A stretch of DNA of 63,997 nucleotides, counting the filler, from Sphacelaria rigidula (lineage: Eukaryota), in the NCBI GenBank assembly GCA_964200075.2. It is 4 parts of 4 records of this genome, joined end to end, with 100 filler letters (N's around TTAATTAATTAA, not from the genome) between each part and the next. Parts side by side here need not be neighbours in the genome. Positions count along the whole stretch, not along the records: positions 16,140 to 32,168 come from CAXNAA020001511.1; positions 32,269 to 48,293 come from CAXNAA020001512.1; 2 more parts are not named here. One strand, written 5' to 3'. The notes beneath the pieces were generated by a model. That model was not told the DNA's origin. It saw only the letters and a list, made by a program, of their open reading frames with translations, and made no database searches. The translations under genes were made by a program, and so were the position numbers. This document shows positions 26,526-39,672 of the stretch, piece by piece; positions within the stretch are counted from its first letter, which is position 1; every line of letters begins with the position of its first letter.

Positions 26526-27526
26526 TACATACTCCTCGTCCAGAGCTGTCTCACGTGCTGTCTCCCATGTCTCGTTAATTTGTCCATGCAAGTTTCGAGT
26601 TTCGAACATCCGTTGCTCAAGTAATCATTGCCTGAAAGGCATGAAAAATGGTATCGCCAGCCAGTGTTCTGGTTCACGTTCGACAGATCTCGTACTGGTG
26701 CGGAGGTGCGAGATTGAACCTCGCCCGTCACCGGCAACGGGTGCATTTGAGCGTGTCAATCACCCACCACACACGACACTACCTAATTTACCCGCGATTC
26801 AATGAGCCAAGTTTTTCTCCTGGCTCATAGTTTAGACTGGCTGAAGAAATATTAGGGACTGAGAACTGGTTGCCCTGGCCAGTTGAGTATACACTGGCCG
26901 CGCCAGCGGCCAGTACATCGATTGTTTTCCAGGTAATCAGCTGAGACGATCACCTGGAAAAACATCGGCGGCCAGCGCCAACGCTCCCCCCGGCTGGTGA
27001 GGGGCCCCACGGGAACGCTGACGGAGGCGAGAAGAATTGCGCTGTTTGGCCTGTTTTTCTCCGAAAATGTGGAGAATTGTAGGAAATGTAACCCCTCACA
27101 TTGAGGAGCTAAAGTTTTGGATGACATGAGAGTGCCAACAAAAAATCTCCGAGGTCGAAGTAACGGCAATATTGAAATAAGCTGGAATCCTCATCATCAC
27201 CAGTTCCATTTTGACTGCCAGTACACACTTGTCTAGTTCGAAGCCCTAGAAAATACGGTTCAGCCGGGTTTCTAATTTGATAAGCACTATCCGGTGACGT
27301 TTTTTTGGGATGCACGTGCCCATCTCTAGATATGACCAACGGATTACTCAGTCAACATGCGGTAAAGTACAGGAAGCCATAGATTCTTGATGGGGAGTCG
27401 AAGGGAACAGGGATTACGTTGGGAATTAGCCACTGCGAAAGCCCCAGGAGCAAGCCCACTTCATTGAACTGCTCCGCGGATAACCGGTTGCCGTGATACG
27501 GATTGTGTGTTGTGTTGTGAATGTTG

Positions 27527-28022
27527 CATACCTCGGACGAGCAGGAGTGTGACTCGTGGCACTCGCACTCGTTGGGCTGCTCGTTAGCCGTAAAAATTAA
27601 TAGCGCGAGCACTCGAGTCAACGCTCGTTGCGTGAAAAATCAATAGGAGAAGCACTCGAGTCAGGGCTCGTTGTGGGAAATCGATAATAATAGGGCGAGC
27701 ACTGGAGTCATCTCTCGTTGTGGAAAAACGTAAATAGGGCGAGCACTCGAGTCGTTGCTCGATGTGGGAAAAAATAATAGGGCAAGCACTCGGATCATTG
27801 CTCGTTGTGGAAAAATTAATAGGGCAAGCACTCGAGTAATTGCTCGTTGTGGGAAAAAATAATAGGGCGAGCACTCGAGTCATCGCTCGTTGTGCGGAAA
27901 AAAAAGATAGCGCGGGCGCTCGAGTCATCGCTCGTTATGGGAAAAAATAATAGGGCAAGCACTCGAGTCATTGCTCGTTGTGGAGAAATTAATAGGGCGA
28001 GCACTCGAGTCAACGCTCGCTG
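27527..28022. repeat. 43-bp satellite array (10 units) with a unique header
   Basis: Unit approx. AATAGGGCGAGCACTCGAGTCATTGCTCGTTGTGGAAAAAAAT; header CATACCTCGGACGAGCAGGAGTGTGACTCGTGGCACTCG. Confidence 0.9.
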
Positions 28023-28863
28023 TTGAAAAAGTTAACCCCTTCGGGACCGGGCCTCCAGAACGACGAATGAGGCTGGTGAGGAATGACGTGCCTGGCGTCT
28101 GCACGAAATAGGGGCATGTTGCTGGAAATCCGTGTATGTAACCGCAGGGCTATGAGGAAGACCGAAAGTATCATCCTATCTATTCTCAGGTGCAGGGTGT
28201 GCATTAGATAATGAACATCTGATCTGATGTAGTGAGCAGTAGTATGTATGTGTCGCCGTACAATGGAAAACTTTCAACAGGATGAGGCGACCGGCGGGCC
28301 TCCCGCTACTTGTGACTTTGGATGATGTTTTTGTCTCCATCACCTTTCCACACAGCCCTTTGTGGTTGGGATGGGCCGCCATATCCCTCCTTCTTGAAGC
28401 GCCAATATATCTTGGAAGGGTATGGGCGTTGCGGTGCACATACGCCTCTCCGAATGCAGCAGCAGCTGCCGCTGCATACTGCCATTGCGCGTTCTGGGTA
28501 GTTCTCAGCGACGGAGATCAGCTGCCTATACACAGCTTGTTCATCCCCGCCCACTACATACATGTTCACAGTGTTCTGCAAGTCATGGGCAGAGGGATGA
28601 GCACAATTCATGACGGTAGCTGATTTTGTATTTCAACGGGCCACCTGGATTTAGTGCCTCGTGAAAGTGACCACATTGTGGCATGTACACTCCTTCCGGG
28701 TTTTTCCCACTCCACCCTGTGTTAGTGTAACTACTACGTTTTAGTATAGGCTGGCGACCCCAAGAAACTCCTGGGAAATTCCAGGAACGCTATACTGGAT
28801 GCAAGTAATACAATAAGCCATGCTCCGAGCATCCTGGATTCACTTATTAACCTGGGAAGACTT

Positions 28864-30785
28864 CATACGTCGGACAAGCACGAGTGTGACTCGTGGCACT
28901 CGCATTCGTTGGGCTGCTCGTTGACCGTGAAAATTAATAGGGCGAGCACTCGAGTCATTGCTCGTTGTGGAAAAAAATAATGGGGTGAGCACTCGAGTCA
29001 TCGCTCGTTGTGGAAAAAATTAATAGAGCGAGCACTCGAGTCATTACTCGTTGTGGAAAAAAATAATAGGGTGAGCACTCGAGTCATCGCTCGTTGTGGA
29101 AAAAATCGGGGCTCTGTACGTTACACGTTACACGTTACGTCACGAATGTGACATATGAAAAGTTATGCGTTACACTACGTCACATTTTTGTACGGGTACG
29201 TCACGTCACGTCACACTTGTGACGTATTCAAAAGTGATACGTTACGTCACGTCACAGTAACGTGTTTTTAATCGTTACACGTCACAATAAACGTCACACG
29301 TCACATTACTATACGTTTGTGACTTGGAACGTATTTTGGAACGTCATTGTGACGTGGAACGAATAACATACGTTACGTTTGTGACCTGTAACGTAGAATG
29401 AAACTTTACGCTTCGACCGTGTTGAGGGCAAATGAACGTTACGTAGGACGTTGTAAGGTTTCATGTACCGCAACTTGGTGCGGGAGGTTCACGGTGGCTG
29501 CCTTGTTCGAGCAAGAGGCGCGTTCTGCTCGCTATGTTGGCATGTAAAAACGGGTTTCAGCTAGTGTATCGCTCATGCGTCCCTGACTCACACATTGCAA
29601 TTTCGAAGAAATACATGAGTACGTTTTTGATGCAAGATAGTCAGAAAGTGAGATAGATACCAAGATGCGCGCAGGCCATGATTTACACATACAAACGCAA
29701 GTATGTCCAGATCATACGTTGGTGATACCTGGTAGTCGGTTGTCATTCCGTAGGGCACCCAACACATAGCAATCCGATTCTGTGGGTTTATAATTATTTG
29801 CTGTCTCAGCAGGGCGTGAATGCAGGAGATCTATATTCTGAAGAGGTACAAAGCCCCGCTTGCTGCACGACCCTCTCTTGCAGCACCATCTCTCTACCGT
29901 GGAAGAAGGGGAAGGAACCCAGAGCTGCGCTCATCGTTACGGTACCCTGGGCCGCGCTCATTGTTACGTTACACGCCGCTCCCGCCCCGTCTATGCTATC
30001 GAAGTTGGAAATTTGAAATTCTGAAATTCGAAACTCGCGCTTTCGGATTCCGATATTCGCTTGTTCTATGTTCTATGGTTGGGTGTGTTGTGGCAGTGCA
30101 TGCTGCCGTGGCGCTGAACTTGCGCTTACATCGCGTGCTTATTATGATGACGTATGTACACTCTTCGTAAACCCATGCATCATATCATGCGAGTATCACA
30201 TATGCTTATCCCACACTAATTGTGGTACAAGTTGAGCGTGTGACGGTTGTGACGTTCATTCACACGTCATAACCGTATGATAATGTGATAATGTGACGTG
30301 TAACGTGAATTGTGACGTGTAACGCATAATATACGTTACACATAACGTGAAACGTTTCAAAATACGTTGTTGTGACGTATTAAAAATATACGTCACGTCA
30401 CGTCACATTTGTGACATATTGGAAAATTGAACGTTACGTCACGTCACATTTTTCCACCGGTATGTTACGTTACGTCACATTTGTGACGTATTCAAAAAAC
30501 ATGCGGTACGGTACATCACACCATTGTGACGTATTCGAAAAGCATACGGTACGTTACGTCACACCATTATGACGTACGTTTGTGACGTGTAACGTGTAAC
30601 GTAAAGAGCCCTGGAAAAAATCAATAGGGCGAGCACTCGAGTCATCGCTCGTTGTGGAAATAATTAATGGAGCGAGCACTCGAGTCATTGCTCGTTGTGG
30701 AAAAAATCAATAGGGCGAGCACTCGAGTCATGCTCGTTGTGTTTTGGAAAAACACCCACGAGTGCATTCGTCTAAACAAGTAGTG
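28864..30785. repeat. Second header plus 43-bp array (4+3 units), split by a hAT insertion
   Basis: Header repeated at 28864; units at about 28942-29100 and 30622-30740; ends CACCCACGAGTGCATTCGTC. Confidence 0.88.
29107..30613. mobile_element. Non-autonomous hAT-type DNA transposon, 1507 bp
   Basis: TIRs C(G/A)GGGCTCT(G/T)TACGTTACACGTTACACG; perfect 8-bp TSD GAAAAAAT (29099-29106 and 30614-30621); long subterminal fields of GTCAC/GTTAC pentamers; no transposase ORF. Confidence 0.9.
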
Positions 30786-32168
30786 ACTCGTCCGACCTGT
30801 GGAATGCTGTCACCCAGGAACTGATCTCCGATCTGGAAAGAAGCTCTGATAGTTTCTTCAATCTGGAAAAGTGGGTTTTGGTAATCGGACAGATGAATTT
30901 TTCTAGCGACGAGGGACAAAATGGGAGAGAATAAAATAGAATAAAATTTTCGGGTCCCCCGGTCAACAATCTGTATAGTACGCATTTTTTCGCTGCTCAC
31001 CTCTCGCAAAATATCACCAATAATAACTAATATATCGTTTGATTATTTTGGGTCTTACCCTCACAAACGACCTAAACGCGTTTTGCTGGTTGATATTTTG
31101 CGTACTCAAGATGATCGCACACATGATGAAAATTAACCGGATGCGCTCAAGATCTGTGGAGAGTCTAGTCCATGCGTACAGTAAGTGCCCTGCCATCTAA
31201 AACTGAAGAATCACAGTCAAACTGCGGTAGTATTTTGTGGTTAAAACAAAAACCAATTACATAAAAAAAACAGTCGGAACTACAGTACGTTCCACACCGG
31301 GGGATAAGGCACGGTGCAGAAAGCTCGTAAACGAGTACATTCCGAAAAAGATACAAACCAAAACTCCTACAAAAACCAAAATAAAACCTGAATGCCAAAG
31401 CATTTTTGACCCTGCCCTGGCCTCTGCTTAGTTCCCCAGACGGTTGCGTTGTCGTTGCCCAGGCCGCGGTCGCCCATCTGTTTCTTCCGATGCAGCGCTG
31501 CAACACTATATTATAGTACAGTGAGTGGTGGTACAGCAGAGTACGGTACAGTAGAGTACAGTCCTATATAATATATATGCTCATCTGTATTTAACTGTCA
31601 TGGATATGCGTGGCTCTCAGCTCGAAGTCAGGGCCGCTGCGACTTGTCTTGGGGACTGGTCGTGAACCACCGGGTTACTGTGCAGTGCAGTATGTATTCC
31701 AAAAATGGGTGTCAACGGATTCATTTCATGTTCGCACCTGTTTGTGTGCAGTATTTGTTCAAGGCTTATGCCACAAATCGCGTTGCTGCCAGCCGTAGTT
31801 GGAGGGGGGGTAAGTAGGAGTGGCAACCTCTGATGCTGGTGAGTACTGCAGCCGTCGCTTATTCTCAATGATATACATGACATTCCAGCTGCTTGATGTT
31901 GGTACGTATATTGGAAGGTCTAGCTTTAATAACTTTTCTCCCAGGGGGTGGTATGCGGTGAGGCCTCTTGCCTCACCCCCTCAAGTACGGTAGCCCCCCC
32001 CCCTGGTGTTGCCCCAGAAAAAGGTTCCTGCCCCCGGTCAATATTTCATGTGTCATTTCCTGTAACTTGTAGAATGTTCAGGAGGGGCACCTACCGCCTT
32101 TAACAGCCGATTTTATATTTTGGGGTTCAAACAAAATATGGGGCTGAAGTGGCATATCTGTCTTGCAC

Positions 32169-32268
32169 NNNNNNNNNNNNNNNNNNNNNNNNNNNNNNNN
32201 NNNNNNNNNNNNTTAATTAATTAANNNNNNNNNNNNNNNNNNNNNNNNNNNNNNNNNNNNNNNNNNNN
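32169..32268. other. Artificial contig spacer
   Basis: 44 N + TTAATTAATTAA + 44 N. Confidence 0.97.
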
Positions 32269-32369
32269 GAGCTGCATCCGGGGGCGGCGTGTTTGCGCTG
32301 ACTGCAATGCGGACCAAAGAACCCTGGTATCACAAGAGAGAATAACGCTATTCAGATGACGCGAGTGTG

Positions 32370-32705
32370 CGAAGTGTTGTCGTCCCATCTATTCTGGACG
32401 CCGGTCTACACCTTTCCGTATATGTGGGTGCACCAGCCGGGGTCACACAGGAGGAAGGCCAACATATATATATTTTCTCATTTTCTGCTTCTTTTTAGTT
32501 CTCCACCTCCCTTCTGCGGTGCTTGCCTTCTATTTTTTATCGCGAGAGGGCTTTAGTAGTCCCTTTCCTTCGTCGACCGTTAAGTCGATTTTTCTCCTTT
32601 GTGTTCCCATACCATTGTCGCTCTCGAATACTGGGCATTATGTTAGTAAAAATCCCAGATCGCTCCGAGAATCGAACCCACGACCCAACCGTCAGAAGGT
32701 TTCGA
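32370..32705 (-). mobile_element. tRNA-derived SINE, family 2 (head truncated)
   Basis: Homologous to 53068-53410: B box GGGTTCGATTCT and tail TAGACCGGCGTCCAGAATAGATGGG. Confidence 0.7.
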
Positions 32706-33364
32706 GGGGCGAAGTGCAGGCAATCAAAGTTCTGGGCATCTGCAGCGCTCGGTTGGGTCGCTTCTATCATGGACGACTGCACGCCGAACACACTAACGAC
32801 GGTCAAAGATGACGACTCGCCCGGTGAAAAAAGCCACGAACTCATCTGCTTATCGCGCCCTAGATCATCGTTCTAGTTAGCTAGCTGGCAGCAACTACAG
32901 TGCATTGGTTGGCTGAGTATGACTTGCCTGCGGACATACTTCGTGTACATACAGACAATAGATCGCCGTAAGAATTTGAGATAGGGGATCATTCACACGT
33001 CTTGGTTTATACGGTGGATGTTCCAGAAAAAAACACATTGTAGATCTAGGATCCACAGGATCGTGAACTTGCTCGCAACACAGAATATGATGAAAAACAC
33101 GATGGCATTGTCCGGAATGTCATGTGCTCACGTGTCCGCTGCGCCTTAATCTTGATCCATACCCCTTTTGCCTTTTTGTACATTTTTTTAAAATGGGTTT
33201 ATTTTGACGCTAGTATGTAAAGGTGCACCTTTTCTACGATTTCTGGGCATATAGGGGGATGTGTAGGTATCTTACGAAGATCCACGCGGTTCAGTGGTGT
33301 GCTGGAAGCAGCTACTTTGACCGACTCTGAGACGTGAGGTGTTCCAGGTTGGGTCCCACCTTAA

Positions 33365-33462
33365 CCCCTAGACCGCGAATGTAGTCCGTCTGGATCGTGC
33401 ACATTTTTTTCACTTGAAATTGATGCCGATTCAACAGATGACCTACTTCCGCAGTCGAAAGG
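33365..33462. mobile_element. piggyBac-like MITE, 98 bp
   Basis: TTAA|CCCCTAGACCGCG...CGCAGTCGAAAGG|TTAA. Confidence 0.75.
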
Positions 33463-33689
33463 TTAACAGGACCACGAGAAGAAGCGAGTAACAAAGCAAG
33501 CGCCCAAAAGCAGCATGTTGATCCGTCGCAGGGCGGGGCGACCAATTAACATGCTGCTTTCGGGCGCTTGCTTTGCTCTTCGTTGTTGCTTTTGGATCCC
33601 GCTAAGGTGTGCCCGTACCAAACCGCCCTTCCTTCAAAGAGTTCTCACGCCTTTTGAGCAAAACACGAATCAGTACTCCCGGCACTGTA

Positions 33690-36600
33690 TCTACCAAGTC
33701 GTGGACGACGACCCCTTATGTGAGCAGGAGTTCTATCGCCGCATCCAATTTCGATGATATAAAAAATACGCTGAATAGGCGGTGGGGATAATTTCTTCCG
33801 TTGGCGTTTTCAAAGGTGATGTGGCGCCAGATTGTGTATTTACGTTCTCGGTCGGGCGGAGTGGATTGTGGATGGCTACTTCGGCGCAAAACCTGTTTTG
33901 CTGCACAACCCACGAGGTACAGTCAGTACGCAGAGCTATCTCTGCTCCCGGTGCCCACGAGTCGCCGTGCGCTGCGAAATCAAAGCGCGCAACCACAATT
34001 GTCAGGAAGCCGAAGCCACGTGCTGCACCAGCAACACGAAGAGATCTCCAAAACGGCCAAAAATGCGGCAGTTTTTGTGTGTCTGTGTGTTCACCCGTCG
34101 GTGATTCGAATTGTACATGATGTGTCTATCGCGAAAGGTACAAGTGTGGGTGTATGTCAATGTCTACATTCGAAACAGTTGCCAACGAGACAGTAATCCT
34201 CACTTTGCTCCACATTTCCCCTAGAGTATTGCATTGCAAGCCTTGTCCACACTGTATATCTTCTGCCACGAATACGTACATGACGCCAGGTAACACCCCC
34301 AGCAAGTTTTTCGTATCGTGATGGCGGTCGTATTACGCTATCAATGGGATTTACAATGGTTTGGCTGCTGCAGTTGTAAGCAATCTCCAGGGTTGCAAGA
34401 ATATTTCATGTACACTCCGTCACCTGCGGCACTGTTATCTGACGGCCAGCCTTAGGCCAGTCAGGACTTCAACAACCCCATCAAGAACCCACAAAACGGG
34501 TGAGAAATGTTTTCGCCGGTTGGCGCTTTGATGAATATGCTGTGTCTTAAAAAGTAGTATATCTTGTACTCGTATCGTTCCGGACTGCCTGTTTGTACTA
34601 CTGTTACTGTTGTGGTGAGAAACGCATGATTTTGCCTTGAAAACTACTCGTCATCGCAGTACGGCCATAGCCGATCATCTACAGCTTATATCTTCCTACC
34701 TGCTCTTAGTTGATCACCGTTCACGCCAGTCGCGCGAGTGGTGCATGTACCAGTACTCTACAAGTCGCAGGGGAAGCACAGCACTTTCTCGTGTCCTACG
34801 CGGTGTGTTGTTGCAGTTGAAGTTATTCAAAGTTGAACAAATTCAGAATCGCCGAGGGGGCGGAAAAAATGTTACGTTTGGTATGCTCTCCCTCTCTCCT
34901 AAACGGCAGTTCCGTGCTCGGGAGAGCAGCCTTTGAGCTCACGCCTAGTAGTTTCTTGCTGCAGTACTTTGATGATACGACTTACTACGTTGCATTTCAC
35001 TTCTCATGCTCCCCCGTACCGTCGCTATTTACGATGCTTTCTCTCCGTGCACTCCTCGTTTGCTGGTCAGTGTTCGGGGGGATATCTTCCAAGACTCCTC
35101 CGAGCGTAGCGGGAAAACGCGGCGCGTTCAAGAGAGAGCTGTCTTTACAAGCCCGACACAGCACAGCAAACAAGGCCAGCATGCACCGGCTGTACATGTG
35201 TGCGCTACCTTCCACAGTACTATAGTGCGTAGGTCGCATGGAAAAGCAATCCCGATCACAGCACTGCCGTTGACTGTGCGGTACCGTGCTGTACTGTTGT
35301 GCGGTAACTCACTGGTAGACCGTGTTGCTCATAACGAAGGGAATCCTTGCTCCGTCAACAAACACTGGTTTCCTCGACGCAGCACCGGCAGAAGTAGTAG
35401 ATAGAGCAGCACGATTGCTGCCGCCGCTGCGCGCCAGTCTAGATGTCAGTAACGCAGCTGCTCTCGTACTTTTTGCCATGTTCTCTAGGATCTAGGACTT
35501 CCTTCGATACGGTCAAGTGTAAATGTCACGAGCGGCGGCGAGCTTGCGGGATCACAATGCTACGCATTAATATTGTTTGCGCTCAGTCATGGCATTCGTC
35601 ACGATATTCGTCATATTCGTCATATTCGTCTACTTGTACTGAATATTGTCCCAACTGTACCACCGTACCCGCTGTAGTAGATTGAACCCGACTGTGTGCA
35701 AAATGACCACAGAATACCAGTAAGGACTTCAATTTGCTCGGGCTAGCCCAGGCACAGCTGCAGCATCGAGGGGGGTGGGTGGCGACTGTGCTAAATGTAC
35801 CACATCTCCCAAAACTTTAGCAGGCTAATAACAGCAGGCTCAAGTAGCCTAGGCTCCAACGTGGGATAGAGGCACTACGCGAGAATCTTGGTGGGTGTAT
35901 AGACGCTTCATCGCTGGTCGAGATCATGTGGGTATTGGCCCCTGGTATAAAGGGCACATGTGCTTTGGTGCCATCGTCGTGTGGCGGTGCCCTCGCGCCT
36001 CCCCCTTCCAGTACTTCGCCTACGTCCCTGAAGCAGCATTTCAATCGGAACTCTTCCAGGAATCGCCGTCGAAGAGGTGACTGTAAAATACTTTGTTTAT
36101 TCGGGTGGGCCTCACGACCACAATTGTGCTCTGTCATGTGCTTGCTCGCAGTGCACAGTCACGACACTACAGTACAGTAGTTGAACGATGTCAGTAAAGT
36201 TAGCACAGACGCGGTGAAGACACGCAAGTGCATCATGCACTACTTGACTCTCGTCTGTACTGTGTACCGCACTAGGAGCGGTCGTCACCGTTGTACCAGC
36301 ACTGCAGTGCATCTCTTCTGCGTGTAGTATGTCGATGATCCGTCGTGTGGGTCCGAGTTTATGAGGTTGGGCTCTAGCAGCCAGCTATCAGGTCTGCGAG
36401 TGCGTCGCAATGTGCTGCAAAAAGTGTCTGTTGCCGTCTATGCATTTTTCAACCAACTTGTACAGTATTTTCGCGCACTGGAGTCATGTGTCGGTGCTCA
36501 GGACATTTCGTACGGAGCACCTGAACAACAGCGACAACCCCATACTGAGAGCACATTGTATCTTATGATCAAAACAGAAGAGTCGGTTAGCAGAACTAGT

Positions 36601-37950
36601 TTACATGCATATTTCCGCCCACGACGATTACGTTTATCTCTCGACAGCCAACGTTTTAAACCATTTTGTACGTGACAATGATGCCACTTTCAGTAGCGGA
36701 CCAACCCGGCGGTCTATGGGTTCACCCTTGACCGCAGAGTGTTTGAATGTTTTGACGGTAGGAGAAACGACATTTACAAATCTCTAGCCAAAAGGGGTAG
36801 ACTGGCGTCCAGAATAAATGGAACGACAACACACACACACACGAAACAGTATTGCATTGGCACGCATGGACTAAAATGGGCTGCTTCGCGGTCAAGGAGT
36901 CGATCCTTTTCATATCCGGAACCTTCTGTTCCGAGAATCTGGCCTCTGACAGCCTCGTCACTCCCTGGGGGATGGCCGTAGAGCAGGCGTAGATCACTGC
37001 TAGTAGGCTGCTCGGATGCTAAACGAATTGCTGTCGCAAGCTTCAGTTCCAGGCCGCTCCTTAAGGCAGACCAGAATAAAAGTCTGGAAAAGTGCCTGAT
37101 TTGAACTTCTACGTCGTTTTACTCCGTGAGAGAGAGCTACAGTAGGCGGATTTTGACACCTTGAACTGCATTGCTGTACTCGTTGAGACGGTTCCAGCAC
37201 ACCTGCGCGTTTTTATGGTGGCCGCAGTCTCTTTTTTGCCAAGCTGGCGTTTTTCTCGGAGACCTGTCATTTGTCTTGGGGACCGGTCAAGTCCAGGCAA
37301 ATCTCGTTTTTTTTTCTGGACTTGACCAGTCTCCGAGACAAATGAGCGATCTCCGAGAAAAATGCATAGGTATGCCGGAGCCGTCTCGTCGGGTACAGTA
37401 AAACATCGGAAGGCGTCAAAATCCGCCCAGCTCTCGTTTAGGGCGTACGGCAACCGACGTAGAAGCTTCAAAAAGGCACTTTTACAGATTTTTATCCTCG
37501 TCTGCCATAAGTAGCGTCCTCATACAGGGTTGAGCGGGTGGGACCAGGAAGCGTTTTCTTGCCTACACCCTCAAGATGTAAAACCCAACCGAGGTCGCCC
37601 TCCCTCCCCCCAGTTTTCATCGCACGAGCCCTGCATCGGCGGTGGGAGTTTGTGAGGAGGACAAGCTCACCGTTGCGATTCTATGTGTGTTGCATTCGAG
37701 CGTGTTGACTTGCTGTGCCCGTTCTGCTCAGTTCGCTGTGGGTTCGGGCGTATATCTCTCCACAACCTCAGATATCATGATCGAAACACCACCCGATGAC
37801 ATCCGCACGTATCGCCTACAACGCGTACACCCCAACAAACATTATCACAACGTGGTTCAGCTGTTCAGCAACAGCTACTGTGGGTGTTGACCGAATGCAC
37901 CTGCGGCTCTTGGCGCAATCACGATTGCTGTACTGTCCCGTACTGTGTAA
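33690..37950 (+). pseudogene. Decayed, interrupted FAR1/MULE-type (Mutator) transposase
   Basis: Motifs in canonical order: YKKYAE*AVG (33758), DCVFTFSV..SGLWMAT...H (33830-33913), RAAFE...FDDTTY (34968), HVGI...GHMCFGAIVV (35925), FVYSGG (36092), AVVTVVP/STAVHLFCV*Y (36310), KWA/FAVKESILFISGTFCS (36874), SWIM-like HNVVQLFSNSY/ECTC (37893). Stops and frameshifts present. Confidence 0.6.
37065..37506. mobile_element. Foldback MITE with GG...CC ends and TTAA/ATAA flanks (Kolobok- or Sola3-like)
   Basis: GGCAGACCAGAATAAAAGTCTG is inverted relative to CAGATTTTTATCCTCGTCTGCC, and the arms meet near 37310. Related arm fragments at about 49010-49400 and 52520-52680. Confidence 0.75.
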
Positions 37951-39672
37951 AAATTCCTCATGAGACTGTCCGCGGTTTACACGAATATCTCCGACGCCCG
38001 GTATATGCGCGGCGGCGGTCTTTACTTTGTCTGCGTGTAGAACAGAGCAGCAGTACAAATCGCTCAGCACGCAGAGTCGAGAGGATACGGCATGCAATCT
38101 TGACACCATGAGAATATGCTCGAGGTGTGCCAGCACTGCTCCCAGCGGCACCCAACATTGCAAGAGCGAAGACAGAGAGTACGTCAGCGCATATTGCGCA
38201 GCAGTGGCTGCAGCCAGCATGCACCCCTTGCGACGAAGCATGACAGCATGTACCCCACAAAAATCGCTAAAAACATAAAGGGACACAGACGTGGTTGACC
38301 TATGGCTCAAAACCAATCAGGAGTTCCCCTGTCCCAATTCCCCTACGAATGCGAAACATGCACATCTTTATGTCGAAAGGTGTGTTGTGTCACTTGATGG
38401 ATGGTGTGTCACTTAATGAATGGTGGTGGAAATCTTGAAACCACAGTTGATCTTGGTCCATGTCTGCGGGGGGGGGGTCGCAGTCAAACGGTTGTCCGTT
38501 CGATGGAGGAGCGGTCAATTTGAGTCCATGTATTTCAATTCGCCGCTAGCGTATTGATTTTCGACCACGGTTACTCCCACAGTAAGGACCACAAACTCGT
38601 GGTGGTCAAGTGAGTATCTCATTAAACGCTCGGACCCCTATTCGACGCCAAACGGGCAGGCTTTGTGCGAGGGAGTCGGAGTGTTTTTTTGGGTGGAGAG
38701 AGACAACACCTGCGTAGACAGGTCGTTTGCTACGCACCTGCCGCGCGTTATGTTCGGTCATGTGTATAAGCCGCGGGCAGCAGCATATTGCTGCCTTGAT
38801 ACAGCAAAACAGCAGCGGAGATCGCCCCAGCCGAAGCATATGGCATTGACTAAGAGCAAGCATAGAAATGCAGCAGCAGCAGCAGCAGCAGCAGCAATAA
38901 CAGCTGTACATGTGGTCATGTACGAATATGCCAGGATGTTGATTGGGTCGACTGATTGATTGATTGTCGCACCTTAACTGACCACCCGTGGGTCCAGCCG
39001 TGGCCGCATGATCGACGTATCCAAGAAAAGCAAGACTGAAACACTTGCTCAAGAAAACGAAGGAGCAGAAAAAAGTCGAACAGAACATGTAGAGAAGAAT
39101 AATGCCTGTTCACAACACGAAAAACAACGCGCGCCCGCCTTCCTTCCCTCACCCATGGCAATATGCTGCTCCGCGTCTACTGGCTATTTCTTTTCATCTT
39201 GCATCACCAGTGTCAAGTGCCCAGATCCTTTCAGCGAGCCAGGGTTAGCTTTAAGTTCGTGGGTATAATGTGGGGCACACATATACCTCTCGCTGTTGAG
39301 AGATTTGCCTTTCGTGGGCACTAAGTCAGCGGGTGAGCTGCCTGGTGTTTTTGGAGATATCTACTGGAAAAGAGTTGCAGGGCGTCCAGGATCTGCATTA
39401 CCATGCCCTCCACGGGTGTCTCGTTGTCTATGCATTTGTCGTGCAACATCAACATTTCGGCTCGTGACCCTCGGAGACCGTACACACTGCCCTGAACCTC
39501 GTTTACCACAAGTACCTTTTGTTCACATTTGAAGAAAACACTGGAAGTTTCTGTTCAATATCACCCAGCTCAACGAGTCTAGAGTGGTTCAATGTACCCG
39601 GGTGAATAAATCTCAACTTGCCCCCGGCTCCTCTCTCCCCGTCTCTCCCCGCCCAACCTGCCCCCCTCCCAG

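Noticed and set aside
22905-28036. piggyBac element capturing the histone pair
   Set aside because: The two TTAA-CCC ends point away from the histones, so they do not enclose them.
27590-30740. Palindromic regularly spaced repeats resembling a CRISPR array
   Set aside because: The intervening sequence is a constant A-rich part of a 43-bp unit, not unique spacers. There are no cas genes and the context is eukaryotic.
39008-39268. Charged ORF as an exon of the 39673 gene
   Set aside because: Its first part is the reverse strand of the dispersed (ATCA)n-tailed repeat.
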